Shown here in pieces: positions 38,505 to 51,470 of a stretch of DNA of 64,000 bases. This DNA comes from Utricularia gibba (taxonomy: Eukaryota > Plantae > Magnoliophyta). The stretch covers positions 1,674,001-1,738,000 of the forward strand of contig NEEC01000016.1 in assembly GCA_002189035.1 (NCBI GenBank), in the 5' to 3' direction. A program made the translations under genes and the position numbers. Position 1 is the first letter of the stretch; each line of letters opens with the position of its first letter. The notes beneath the pieces were generated by a model. The model did not search any database. It saw nothing but the letters and a program-made list of their open reading frames with translations, and was not told where the DNA came from.

Positions 38505-40097
38505 TCAGGCAAGAGCTAGAGCAGAAAGGTTGTAGGGGGAAGCAAAAACCGGAGAAGATGTGGTGCAAGAAACATACGCCACCACCTGATTCAGTTGTTG
38601 AGTGGGATGGAAGTTGTCGTAGAAGATGTATTTGGTTCTATCGGGGCAAGGGGAGACTGCTGAGTTTTTAGCACATTGCCCTACTGCAGCCGCTGTAGAT
38701 TCCGTTGATTCCGATACCGCGCAACAGGGGGCGTTCGTGACAGTGAAACCTGTATCCCATTGGATTAGAACAACACAGTGTAACTGAAAAGTACAAGCTT
38801 TTATTTTTTACCTAGATCTGCAGGATTTCCGGAAGCAGAAATGGCGAAAGCGTCGATGTAAGTGAACTTAGTGCCAATCAAGAGCGTACTGAGCTGAGTG
38901 AGCAGTGCTTTGAGCTTTTTGTTGAAGAGGGACACTGCGGAGTTAATGAAATCGACGCATGGAGATCCGTTGGTGGGAGGATACAATTCTAGCTCCTGCG
39001 GTATGCACCCAATCAAACCCACGTTGAAAACCGCGATCTTCCTGGCTCCCAAAGCGTAAAGGGCCTGCATACCCATGACCGATATCATACGTAAAACCCA
39101 AATTCAGAACGAAGATAGAGATTGAGGAACTAGCCTTGAGTTGACTACAGTATTTGATGATCAAGGCTCTTGCAAAGACGCTAGGTGTGCATACCGATCT
39201 CGAGAGGCTGTTGTTAAGATAATAGTTGTTGATGTAATCGTTGCTGCCGATGTTGATTATGTATAAGCACTGCTGCAGGCTCTGAAGACTCAAGCCCGTG
39301 GAGGGTATTGTTAACGCATGATGGATCAACTGCCGGTCCATTGAAAACCTATCTCCCTGCACCATCAGAATAGAAAGCTTTCTGCTCTTGCAATGATCAA
39401 GCATACAGACATAGGTTCAAAGCACTTATGCTTTTCAGGTTCTTACTAAGTTAGATCCCGAATCCTCGAGGATCCCGGCGCCTCCCGACGCATAGTTGAC
39501 GCCCTTTGAGGCGGTGCCCGGGTTGCCAGCCATGGATGCCCAGGAAGGAATAGAGGTCTGATATCCAAGAAATTGAGCTACACGAAGAAAAAAGGCATTC
39601 ACAACAGTGTAACGATGATCGGTGTGTGAAATTTGTGGTGAATGAAGATGAGGTCTTCGGATCTGGATTACAACAGACAAGTTTCTTTTTTTCTTGCATC
39701 AACCTGCGGCAAACCTCGTTGTCGGGGAAACATGTGTACTGATCGGGATCTCAGAAACTTCCCATTTCATAATAAATCTATTATCTGTCTTTTTAGATTT
39801 TCAAAATTTGGAATCAATGTGTCGTTTAGAACCTATGTAATCGGGGATGTTCTTCCCGTTGGAGAATCTTCCGGTGGGGGTGTTGCCGTCGCCGTAGTCG
39901 ATCCCGTAGGGAGGATAGTTGGCCTTAGCCTTGGTGAGCAGGTCGTTGTTGTTGCCGTTATCGAACTGGGAGTCCCCGAAGAAGAAGAGACAGGGGACCT
40001 GTGGATCGCCCCGAACCAAGAACTTCGGCTGCATAGCGATGCAGAGCAGCATGGCTATCGCCATACGCACACACAGCTTCGCAGCATCACCCGCCAT
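38505..40097 (-). CDS. GDSL esterase/lipase copy 2, intact, 371 aa; exons 40097-39833, 39577-39447, 39356-39135, 39064-38812, 38749-38505
   Basis: Signal-peptide-like N terminus and all four GDSL blocks (GDSQF, GVNYASG, GSNDY, DNFHP). Exons sum to 1116 nt with consistent phases; intron 3 is GC-AG. Confidence 0.93.
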
Positions 40098-40622
40098 CTT
40101 CTGCTCCTTCCATCACTCACAGTTGACGATACTATATATAACCAGCAATGCTGCAGTAGGGTTGGGAGTTCCTGAATGATACACAACGAAATTCAATACC
40201 TTTTGGTGGACTGGGAACAGAGAATGTGTCCCGCATGCTTGATTATGGACATGGAGATTCCCCTTCTACCAAGGCAAGAAGAAACGTTGACATGCATGCT
40301 ATGGCTCATGTGTGTGTGACTTTGTGCATGGTACAGAATAAAAAAATGGTACAAACGGATCTGCATAGGGGTCGAATTTAGAAGTTTGTACAAATACGAG
40401 CAAAAAACGTGCCCACCGTTAGCGTGTTGTTTTGAGAGCCAAGGAACTGGTTTCACAGTTCAAGGGACAGGATTAAAAACAGAAGGATATGGAGGATGGA
40501 CCATGGGTGTCCCGGACAGTCCTGGAACTCTACGCAAGCAGCCTTGGATCTCAAAATCCATAGGTTTTCAGTTGAGTTTAATGAGGTACCTGGTCTGAAA
40601 ACAGAGGTGATGGAGGATGAAG

Positions 40623-42142
40623 TCACAGGCTCCAGCCCTGTCTGAGACCGTATGCATGTGCGTACCCAGGGTCGTCGTAATGACCATCAGTGCCGTACTC
40701 TAGGCGCTCTCCCACCGTTGAGGACTTGTGCTCATGGGAATCCATAACCGGCCTCGGTGATTTTGGTAGGGATGAAGCAAACTTGGAGATGTGTTGCGCT
40801 AGCTCTTGAGAATTATGCTCCTGTACAGAGCCATTTAAGAAAAACAAAATTTAGGAACTGAGCAATGAGAATCAGTGTTTTATGCACATATATGTAACTT
40901 GCTACTCACCTGGACCCATCGCCCACCGGAATGCATTGAAAGTGAAGCCTGAGGGAGGGTAGAGGTAATTTGTTGGCAGTCGGAACTCCATTTATCCGAC
41001 CACTGCCCAGAACAAATCACATGAACTGGCAGGCCTTTTATCTCATCTCGATCACTCCATTCAGACAAATCAAAACTAGCGTTAAGGCTCTTTCTCATAC
41101 TGAAAACTGCGGCTCCCCAATCGCTGCCCTTTAAAAGGACCCTATGAGCATCTGCCTCCGATTTACTCACTGAATTCATACAGCATGATGCAAGTACCCG
41201 TTGGAACAGCACCGTAAATTCCATAGAAAACTCCCTCACCACAGGTATTTGAAATAGGGTAAGGGGAAAAGCTGTCGCACTTGGCACACTGTCTAAAAGA
41301 AACAAACTTCTGATGGATCCACGGCTTTCTAAGATCCAATTTGCTGTCATTGCCAATGCTGAATCATGCAACACTAAATCCACAGGTCCTAGACCCAAAG
41401 CATCAACTACTTGCCCCAAAATGTTGCCCATTTCTTCACCTCCCAAATCGATGGGCTTAATGCTCTCTTTCTTCTGAGGCTGCTCCTTAATTTCCTCAAA
41501 ATTCACATATCCTTGTTCCACAAGCTGATCGAATCCCCAAAATAATCCCTTAGTCTTGATATCCTCAATGACCCCCCACAATCTCCTCAAAGGGCTACTG
41601 TATCCCCCACTTTCCTCAACCACAACATAAGATCTATCAGAAAATCCGGAACCGGGTAAATCAACAGCCACGACGTGAACATTCATTTGAGCAAGGTATT
41701 TAACAATGTCACGGAAAGAGAAGGAACTGCAGCCCATACCATGTATAATCAGGACGCGGCTTTCCGAGTCGTAAGGGCCTTGCTGGAGACAAAAGATCCC
41801 AACTTCCTGTTGACTTTGGGCCATATGGACCTTGATCGTGCGGCCATTTGAGTAGTGATCTCGCACTTCATCGGGAAGATTAAGGAACCATGTCTTGGGG
41901 TCTCGCGGTGTGATGACACGGAGGAGTACGGCGGCAAATGTGATAAAGAAAACGATGAGAGCGAGGTAGAACCACCAACGAAACGCTCTCGCCGTGGCCG
42001 GTCCCGGTTTGCTTGTAGACTCCGATTCAATTCTCGATTCCGGGTTACTCTCGTCATGAAGCGGCGTCGAGCACTCTGAGCTCTCTCTCCCAGCAGCCAT
42101 GACACTGGAATGGCAGAGAGTGGAAAACTCCGACCACGCCAA
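40623..42142 (-). CDS. AXR4: AUXIN RESPONSE 4-like ER membrane alpha/beta-hydrolase-fold protein, 476 aa; exons 42142-40910 and 40820-40623
   Basis: Single TM segment (WWFYLALIVFFITFAAVLL), motifs HGMGCSSFSFR, DLPGSGFSD, GLFWGFDQLVEQG, HSGGRW and the C-terminal HAYGLRQGW characteristic of AXR4; GT-AG phase-0 intron. Confidence 0.9.
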
Positions 42143-42680
42143 GAATCAAAGTTGGTCGGTAAGCAGCAAAGTGAAGCTCAACAGTGCAGCCGAAATAGCA
42201 CCGTGATTAGGTCAAATCGGTAGGCCGAGCTAACAAACGACGACGTATAACTTTTCAATAATTTATTATATTGTTTTCCAGAAAAAGCCACGTCATCAAC
42301 CCATCCATTGGTACGGAACCAGTCAACCTTTTTTTTCCTCATTTAATTCAAAACGTCGGCGAAAAGCAGATGTCGGCCCACCAAACACCACCGAATCCCC
42401 GAACTTCAGATTTCGGACAAATTAATTAAAGTTAAAATTTTACCCTAAGAATAGTAAAAACAAAAAGTCTATAAATGACAACGAGACACACAAAGTGGAC
42501 AAGTATTTCCTGTCCGTGCAGGAGAGGTGAAACCCCCTTCCCTGCCTGACACACCGCATGCGTCCACGTGATACAAAACTCAGTTCAACTCTTCCTGGTC
42601 AGACATTTGAACTCCCTCCTTTTCTGCTCTATATAAACAAGCCACCGCAGTAGCGCCCCAAAATTCTGCTGTCCTGTGCT
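42143..42680. promoter_or_regulatory. 538-bp divergent promoter between AXR4 and CYP94B-like
   Basis: G-box CACGTG 42565-42570, TATATAAA 42630-42637, CCACGTCA 42288-42295, GGCCCACC near 42375. Confidence 0.65.
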
Positions 42681-44224
42681 GTGCTGATGCAGTTCTTCTG
42701 CCTTTTCCTCCTCTTCCTTCCTTCTGCGATTCTAATCGCCCCGGGGATTTTATGGCGCTCTGGGGTTTCGTTTCCAGAATTCGTTGCCAGCTTTCTTTCA
42801 ACAAGAACCGCCGCCGCCTCCTCGCATGGTACACCGAGTTGCTGTCGGAGTCGCCGTCGATGACGTTCGTCCTCCACCGCCTCGGGGCTCCGAGGACGGT
42901 GGTCACAGCCAACCCGGAGAACGTGGAGTACATACTGAAGACCAACTTCGACAACTTTCCAAAGGGCGAGTCCTTCACTGAGCTGCTCGGAGATTTTCTG
43001 GGGCATGGGATCTTCAACGTGGACGGTGAGATGTGGAGGATCCAGCGCAAGATAGCCAGCTACGCCTTCAGCGCCAAGTGTGTAAGAGAATACCTGGAAC
43101 ACGTTCTCGTAGAAGAAGTGGAAGACCGACTGATTCCTGTTCTCGGAGAAGCTGCTGATAATGGACAAGTCATAGACATGCAAGAGGTTATACTTCCTGC
43201 CATGTTATATAATTATTTTTTTTCTAATTCTGAAAAATATATTATTAATTAATATTTATTTATGTGCCTTAGGTTTTGAAGAGATTTGGTTTCGATGCTA
43301 TCTGCAAAGAGACGCTAGGGATGGACCCATTGTGTCTGCAACTTTCAGAGCCACCGCCGCGGATCGTGTCCGCACTCGACGCCGCGTCGGCGATCTCCGC
43401 GATGCGGGGCGCGTCGTGTGGCATGTGGAAGGTGAAGAGAGCATTGAACGTGGGAAGGAGAGGGAGCTGAAAGAAGCTATCGGGATAGTGCATGAGTACG
43501 TTGAATGGATCCTGGAGAAAAAGAAGGAAACGATGGAGAAAGGGGATGCCGGCGATTTGCTTTCGAGGTTTCTGAAATCTGGGCTTCCAGATGGGTCGTG
43601 AGAGATATGGTGATAAGTTTTCTCATGGCCGGGAGGGACACCACCTCTGCCGCCATGACGTGGCTGTTCTGGCTGCTGACGGCCAATCGGGAGATCGAGA
43701 AACGGGTCATTGATGAAGTGTCCGCTGCGGGTGCGGCGGAGATGAGGTTCGATGATCTCCGCAAGATGAACCTCCTGAAGGCGTGTTTGTACGAAACGAT
43801 GAGGCTCTATCCTCCGGTGGTATGGGACTCGAAACATGCGGCCGAGCACGACGTATTGCCCGACGGTACGGTGGTTAGTAAGGGTGATAGAGTGACGTAC
43901 TTCCAGTACGGAATGGGAAGGATGGAGAAGCTCTGGGGAAAAAATCGGATGGATTTTTTTCCCGATCGGTGGTTGGACGAGAAGGGAAGTTTTCAAATGG
44001 GGAGTCCATTTAAGCTTCCGTGTTTTCAGGCCGGCCGGAGGGAGTGCCTTGGTAAGGAAGTGGCGTTGATTCAGATGATATTCGTCGTTTCCTCCGTCCT
44101 CCGCTGCTTCGAACTCGTCCCTGTATCCCCAGGAACGCCTGTCCTGGTGCCGATGCTGACGGCCACCATGGCCGGCGGGTTCAAAGTCCGCGTCCGGCGG
44201 AGAATGATCAAGAGCAGTGAATAA
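42681..44224 (+). pseudogene. Cytochrome P450 CYP94B-like (JA-Ile/fatty acid omega-hydroxylase family), two exons (intron 43187-43272), three 1-nt frameshifts
   Basis: NRRRLLAWYTELL, VTANPENVEYILKTNFDNFPKG, GIFNVDG, SFLMAGRDTTS, ETMRLYPPV, heme motif FQAGRRECLG. Frame switches near 42783, 43456 and 43594. Could be a functional gene with assembly errors. Confidence 0.85.
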
Positions 44225-46039
44225 ATGTACTTTAATTTTTTTTTTTGTGTGAAGCACACTGTAACGCCTTTCCTTATGATTAATATACTAATTTTTTATT
44301 CCATAAATCAAATTTTATTTTATGATAATTAATTTTTAAAAATCACTTTATTTTTATAAGAAGCTATCTCAATAATAATTATTTGTTGAGAATTGATCCT
44401 AAAATTAAAATTATAATTGTATCTTTTTTATAAATAATTATAATTAATATTATCATTAATAGTTTAATTACTTTAATTTTTAAATTATAAATTTAATATA
44501 AATATATTAAAATAAAGTAATAACATAAATTATATTTGAAAATATACAATCTTTTTGTAATATAAATAGTATATAAAAATATTTTTAAATTATAAATTTA
44601 TAAATTATTAATAAATATAGATAAATATATCATTTAATTATTAAAATCATTTCTTATTTTTGATATTTTAAATATGAATTTATTCTATAATAATTATTTA
44701 AAAAAAAAATTCAAACATATATCAATTTTATTTTATCAACATTCAATTCTGGATTGATTTTACATACGTAGCATAAATCTAATCACATAAAAAAAGGTTT
44801 TATTCTAAACATGGAAAATTCGCAATTAAAAATAGTGATGGTGGGTCCCATGGGAACCATCCATTCCAATAGCAATAGCACTCACCGCATTTTATATTTA
44901 TTATTAAATTAAAGGCGACTCGACTCCTACGTATGTCGGTTGTCAATGACCGACTACTTCCCGCGGGGACCACAGCTCTCCTGGAAAAAGAAATGCCACC
45001 CACCGCGTACCTGGTCCAAATCGATTTTAGCGTGGAAGATTTGTATCCATTCATTAATATTTGGTCACCCACTTTAATAATAACATGCAGTTTGAATGAT
45101 ATATGTTTGATTGATACATTAAGTTAAAATAAAATATAGAAATATCAATCAAATTATGAAATATATCCAAATTGGATTAATTATTCTAAAATTAGAAATA
45201 CCAAATCTAAATATCAACAAACTTAATATTTAATACACTAAGTGATTAAATAACAGCAACTACAAAGGTTGAACACACAGTCAACACCTAGTTTTAGTTA
45301 TTCCGGCCAGAGCCCGCTCGTGCTTCAATGAATATTCAACGCTTGACTTTTATCTTTGACTAATCAAGTAGTAGTTTAACAAGGGAATATAGAATTGAAA
45401 ATAATGATACTCTTTTGGAATAGGAGGATCATAAAAATTAAAATAAATAATATTAGTCAATAAATACATTATATTAATAATATTATACACTATTAGTAAT
45501 ATCACTTTGTGGATCACGTCACCAAAGATAGTGCTTTAGAAATGCATGTTACAGAGCACCATCGCTCCGATATAGCGCACGCGCCTCGCTGCTCCTCCCC
45601 TCTCATTCCGGATGGCATCTCGGTGGCTCACTGCGTCCTCCTATTACCTTCTTCCTATATATACCCTCCATCATATTTAATATCCTGCATATTCAAAATT
45701 TTGATCAAAAAACATTTTGATTACAAAGCTGAGATTGTTAAATTTTCATATATTTTTTTATATTCATAAATTTTGATATTTAAATTTTTTATTACAGTAG
45801 AATAATTAGGTTAGTTATTTAATTTTTTTCTTGTGTAATTAATTATTTTTTTTATTAATTTGTCATAATTTTTTTATTGCATATATGATACTTATAAATT
45901 TGTTTTCAATTTTTTATACATTGACGTAAGATTTTTTATGAATAATATGTTTTTATTATTTTTAATTATAGACTAATATATTTAATTTATTAATTTATTA
46001 TACTATTTGTTATTAAATATGTAATGTTTTTTTTTGTAG

Positions 46040-47600
46040 ATTGACATATACTCACATTTAAGAGTTCATAGTTCTAAGGATCCGAGGTTGTTGGATATGT
46101 AGCAACATCACATTATTTATGGTTTATTACAGGGATTAGATACAATTCAAAAACAGCTATAAATTCTTGGCAAGCAGATCATGGGAGGATAGGACTTCGA
46201 GATATCTCGATGATTGAGATTTTTATGGGGTTTTTAAGACATTATGAATGGAACTAAACTTGAATCTACTCACAACTCTAGTAGATAGATGGTGTTTAGA
46301 GACACACACCTTCTTCTTACCATCTGAAGAGGCCATGATCACTCTCCAAGATGTTTCTATACTATGGGGTCTTCGTATTAATGGTATACCAATAATTCGC
46401 ACTTGCACAAAACACACAACACAGCAATGACATAAACTATGTGTCGAATAGTTTGGATGGGAGCCCAAGGAGACATTCATTGTGGTGATTCACAATTCAT
46501 TATGACTAGCATTCAGACATACATTGATGATACATACGTTGCTATCACAACGAAGATTCATGAGGAGGAAGTTGTATGTTTTGCTTGTGCAGTTATATTG
46601 TTAGTCTGTTGTGGAGTTTTTTTCAGGATGCAACCGGTAACCATGCCAAGTTGAATGTCCTTGATTGGATGACAGTTCAAGATCGCTGGATGGCCACTAG
46701 TTGGGGATAACTGTTTTGGTGAATTTATATCATGAGTTTGATTTATGTGCGCTTAGACACATTACAATGGGTGGTGCCCATCGTCTTCTTCAGGTTCCAT
46801 TTTTTGCTTATTCTACTAATATTATATACGTAAAATTTATTATATTATAATGTTTTTATATAGCTATTGGCATATACTTAGATCTCATCTCTATATCCTA
46901 TACTGAAGCGTCATTTCCCATACGATGTATATTGGGAGGGCGAGGGGTTCAAACCGTCCGTGTATGGTTGGAGGTTCGAAGGTTGGCTCGACCACTCAAA
47001 TGTGGTCTTCCACAAGTTAGAGCCAATCCGTGACACACTTAAACCGTACGTGCATATTGTCATGATATATACTTCATTGTTTTTTGAACAGTTTGAGTGA
47101 ACTCCTTACGAGGATATACATTTACTATGTGTCTCGGAATGTGATCGTCTGCTTTGGTAGTATGCCGATCCAATGATATATGCATCTCGGGTGGAGCCTC
47201 ATTGCGTTGATCGAGCTTCTCACCAATTTGGATGTGATTGTGTTATTCCACCCCCTCCAGATTGATATCCTGCAGAACATAAGTTTATCAGAGACTCCTA
47301 CAATACTGATTGGACATTGGAGCATGCTGCACGCATAGCTTTATGGGCATCTAGGCACACTCACATTCTCCAATTGCATGACATCCCCACGGTGTTTGAG
47401 GCGGCATACATGACTTGGTATAGGCTGTACGCGTTGTTGTATCTTGGAAGAAGACGAGAGAAGAGTGATGGATATTGAGGTGGAGATGCAGAGCTGATAG
47501 CTTATGCGGTAAAATAAACCTTTGTGCAAATATGAGTTAGATCGTGTAAACTGATTTTTGATATCTTCTTTGTTTTCAGGTCACACAGCTAGACAGATTT
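46040..47600 (+). pseudogene. Plant Mobile Domain (PMD, PF10536, MAIN/MAIL-like) gene inside the MULE, degenerate
   Basis: LLTTLVDRWCLETHTFFLPSEEAMITLQDVSILWGLRING is the hallmark PMD motif; later SWG..VLVNLYHE, GGAHRLLQ and FE*TPY fragments; stops and frameshifts. Confidence 0.88.
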
Positions 47601-48149
47601 CGTGTCGGGGATCAAGAAGCAACGTGGGCATATGAGGGCCTTAGCCAACAGCTTGGATGGAGCTAGTCGCTCATGCCACATCACTCACTGCTACCTAATG
47701 ATGATGACCATGCATAGGTCCACATGCACCAAGCATACAAGGATTTCAATGTAGAGTTGTTTTTGCAGTATGTGGCACCAACAAATAGACCATGACATGC
47801 AAGGCTCCTTCTTCCTATGTGCGACCATCACTCTTGGCTACGACTCCGTTATATCCTTGGCCGCCTCCTTACCCAAAGTTCATGATGCCCCATGCAGGAT
47901 CGAGCCAATCTAGTGCTGGGAGGAGACATCCGTATTGTAGATTTCCATTTCCACCACTATATAGTGGTCCACATAAGGCGATCCATCCATCATCATCAGC
48001 ATACACATGAGTAGATTGTTTTATCGTTATCAAATAAGCTACTTTTGAGAAAGTAGTTTGAAAACAATCATAAATAAAATATCCAAAATAAATAACTCCA
48101 ACTAGCAATTAATCAAAGTTGTTCAAACCAGAGAAAACCAATTTATCAG

Positions 48150-51100
48150 ACTATTCTATTGGTAGTATATTCACTCCCCAATCCATCTCGCTGTGTATGC
48201 TTGTACAACGCTGTCTGCCAACAATAATCCAACGGCATGTAGGATTATAGGATCCAATCCAAGTAGGAGACATAGATATCAAAGTCAAGAGGGTTAAAAA
48301 CCTCTTCACTGTATGTTTGTCAAAAAGCATGCAATATATCAAGACTAATCATGAGATCGTCATCACTTACCTTCACCTTTTTAACAGCACTAATAGCATG
48401 AGAGCATGTAACATTATACTTAGCCCATTTTCTTTAACTATAAGTCTGATCACAAAGCATCACTCAATAGCGATAGCATCTCCCTTTCCCACGGCTGACG
48501 ACTTCAATCTGAAATGACATATTCATAGTCTCGAATTGACCCACCTTGTGTGTCTTAGCTCGTTCACATGCTCTGTCCCAAAAATGTTTTGCCTCATCTG
48601 AAAGCATCTGCATGCATGGATAACAAGTGTTATACATAAAATAAAATAATAAAACATTAAAAAAATTCAAAATTAAGTAACCTCAAACATAATAATTGAT
48701 GGTTTTCTATGATCGAGGTGATCTCCTCTTTACGCTCGTAGAGGATGGTAGCTGACTTGCACAATGTAGTCTCAACAATTGTATTTGAGGGAAACCGACG
48801 ACAAACCTTGAAAACGTTGTTCATGATCTCCATTGCATTAGAAGTTAGATTCCCATAGCATCTGCCTGAATCATATGAGAGTGCCCCCACTCTCATATGG
48901 ACCATTTTCCAGCTCAAAGAACCATGCATAAACCGTCGGATTTTTCTTTTGAATCCTTTGAAGGTATATCATCATCTTTCTTGGATCATAGAACGCTTCG
49001 ATATTGTAAGCCATTTGCTAAAGTATTTTGCTTCCAAATTTCTTGTTAAAGTTGGAAACATAATGACACAAACACCAAAAGTGGGTCAGACTGCCTTCTT
49101 GAAACCCAGCATAATTCCTCATAGTTGCAAGCATGCCTGCAACTTTGTCCGAGTGATAAACGAAAAATTTGTGCAACGTCGTTATATTGCGATTTTTCCT
49201 ATCAAATAAATTTATAAACCTAATTCACATCAAATCATATGAAAAATATGAGTATAGTGGACTAGGGTCGAACACAAGGAGCTAAGTGCTTGCTATGTGA
49301 AGGTCAATGCGAGAAATCAATGTCACATTGGTAGAATTGGTCTTAACTAGGACTAAGACAGAACTATAATGTAATACAGTAAAGAAAAGTAATAAGTTTT
49401 GGAGCTCGGTTGTTTCTGGAATGAAATGGGTGATGCCTTGGGATTCCTAGGGAATGTATGCTTATCACTAAACACGCTCACACAAATCATAAATCGTACA
49501 ACTAACTCACAAGGTCTAGGTCTACCCGGATTTTTGTTTTCCTCCTAATCTTTGGTTTACCTCTAATTAGGGTTGTTAAGCTGGGTTTCACTACTTACTC
49601 CTCCTGGATCTATCCTGGTTTGTTTAGGAAGTGACGTGACTTATGGTTGATTAGGTTTAAAGATTGACTAGCACATCTATCCCCCTTTCACCCCAAGGTA
49701 CCACTAAGTACTCAACCACTCATGTTGAAGATGAACGAAAATAGAAAAAAAAAACATCATCCATAGTGTACTCATTTCACAGTCGAATACCAGAAAGCAA
49801 ACAAGCAAGTAATGTAAAATGTCAACAGAAACTAGAAACGTCGCTAGCTACTCTTAGCTAAGAGTAATATTCCTCGAAAATAGAAAATAGTCTTGAAACT
49901 TTGGCTTCGTTCTTGTTTGTCTTCCTCCTTACTCCCCAGAAAAACCTTCTTCATAAAGAATGTCGTGAGTCTCCAATGAGGGAGATTTGTCTTTTCTCTC
50001 CATCTTATCCCCCTTTTTGTCCAAAATCCTATTTTTTTCATCCTTGTATTTTGTGTGTACTCCTTTTCAGACTTTAGGCCCATCTTCTGCCACTACATTG
50101 TTCATATACGGCTTCTTGGGATTTGTGTTGCGACCTGTGCTACATTGTTCAAAGAAAACTATTAGAAGGTTGGGACTAAATTACGATTTAGTCATAACTA
50201 AGACTAAAATAACAGAACTACGGTACTTTGCGCAAAAATATAGAACTAGACAGTAAAACTTGATTTTTGTAGCACAATATGAGTAATTTGCATGTACTCA
50301 ATCACTCAAAAATATGTGTTATCACCGAGATTATACTAGCCTGGCATCAACAAAAAAAGTGCTCATCTAGCAAATCAATAAAACAAAGATATGCATTTCT
50401 ACTCTCCTCGTCGACAAATGCATAAACTAGTAGTAGAATGTGATCACCTCGATCCTTGGTAGTAGCCACGAGCAACTTATGGTCATAAAGTCCATATAAA
50501 AAGGTAACATCAACCATAACAACAGACCCCCAAAACTTGAATACTCGAATAAAGGGACCTTATGCCCAAAAGAGATAATGCATGATTTTATGATCCTCTC
50601 TTGTAATAGTGGGAAAGCAGTCCCATGAGACCACTATACTCGAATTGGCTTGCGTGATTGCCACCAATAATACAGGTAGCTTTTTCACCGATTATCCCCA
50701 TGTTCTATAGACGAACTCAAAAGAAAGTTGGGCACCGTACAATGCACGTTCATAAGTAATCTTCTTTTGATATTTTTCAAAAATACATTTTCGAATATCT
50801 GCAGCCTCAATCTCTACAACAAAGAAAAATTATTAAAAATATAAACTATGTAAAAAAGTTTAAGAAATATTTAAACTATACCTCATTATCTATATGCAGT
50901 ATGCATAAGTTTATATCCAATGAATAAATCAGAAAAATTGCAATGATGCACTCCATCCATGTATGCCATGCAAGTATGTGGAACGTCACAAATCGAAACT
51001 TGCCAAATTCCATCATGTGCAGATTGCATAATCCTTATACGACAATAACACTTAGATCCATGTTAGCACGAGCATATTTGTCCTCCCAGAATGTGGGCTA

Positions 51101-51470
51101 ACTAACCGGAACAATGAATTCATATCCTCGTTTTATATGATAGTGAGCAACATAATATTAGGAATGAACTTTACTAGCAAATGCAATTCCCTTATTCAAT
51201 ACATGTAGCTTTGTATCGTAGCACTTATATTTGTCATTATATTTAAATTCCTCGAATACGAAAGTGTTTATCGAATTGTTTTGGATAGAGGGTATTCCTC
51301 CCTCATGAAACATCCCAAAGAATCGTCAAAAACGAGATCCAGACAATTGTACGGCACGAAGTGCCTCAATTCCGGTCTCTAATGCTTCGTCCTCACAAAC
51401 ATTTGTTGGCAGGGCTTCAGAATCCTCACTCGATTCGGTATCTCTACTGTCATCATCAAAGTCGACCATA
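48150..51470 (-). pseudogene. MuDR-type transposase of the MULE, split by a solo LTR
   Basis: Fragments FWA*GPFIRVF, GRCYGNLTSNAMEIMNNVFK and a SWIM-like region at 48150-48520; many stops. Confidence 0.75.
49154..50324 (-). mobile_element. Solo LTR, 1171 bp, same Athila-like family as 9724-10888
   Basis: TG...CA with perfect TSD CCGAG (49149-49153, 50325-50329); reverse-complement homology to 9724-10888. Confidence 0.92.

Noticed and set aside
43298-44257. 319-aa minus-strand ORF
   Set aside because: Antisense shadow of the GC-rich CYP94 exon 2; likewise the antisense ORFs over the GDSL and AXR4 exons.
44750-45070. GC-richer island with short ORFs downstream of CYP94
   Set aside because: No family motif, splice pattern or termini; cannot be supported as a gene or element.
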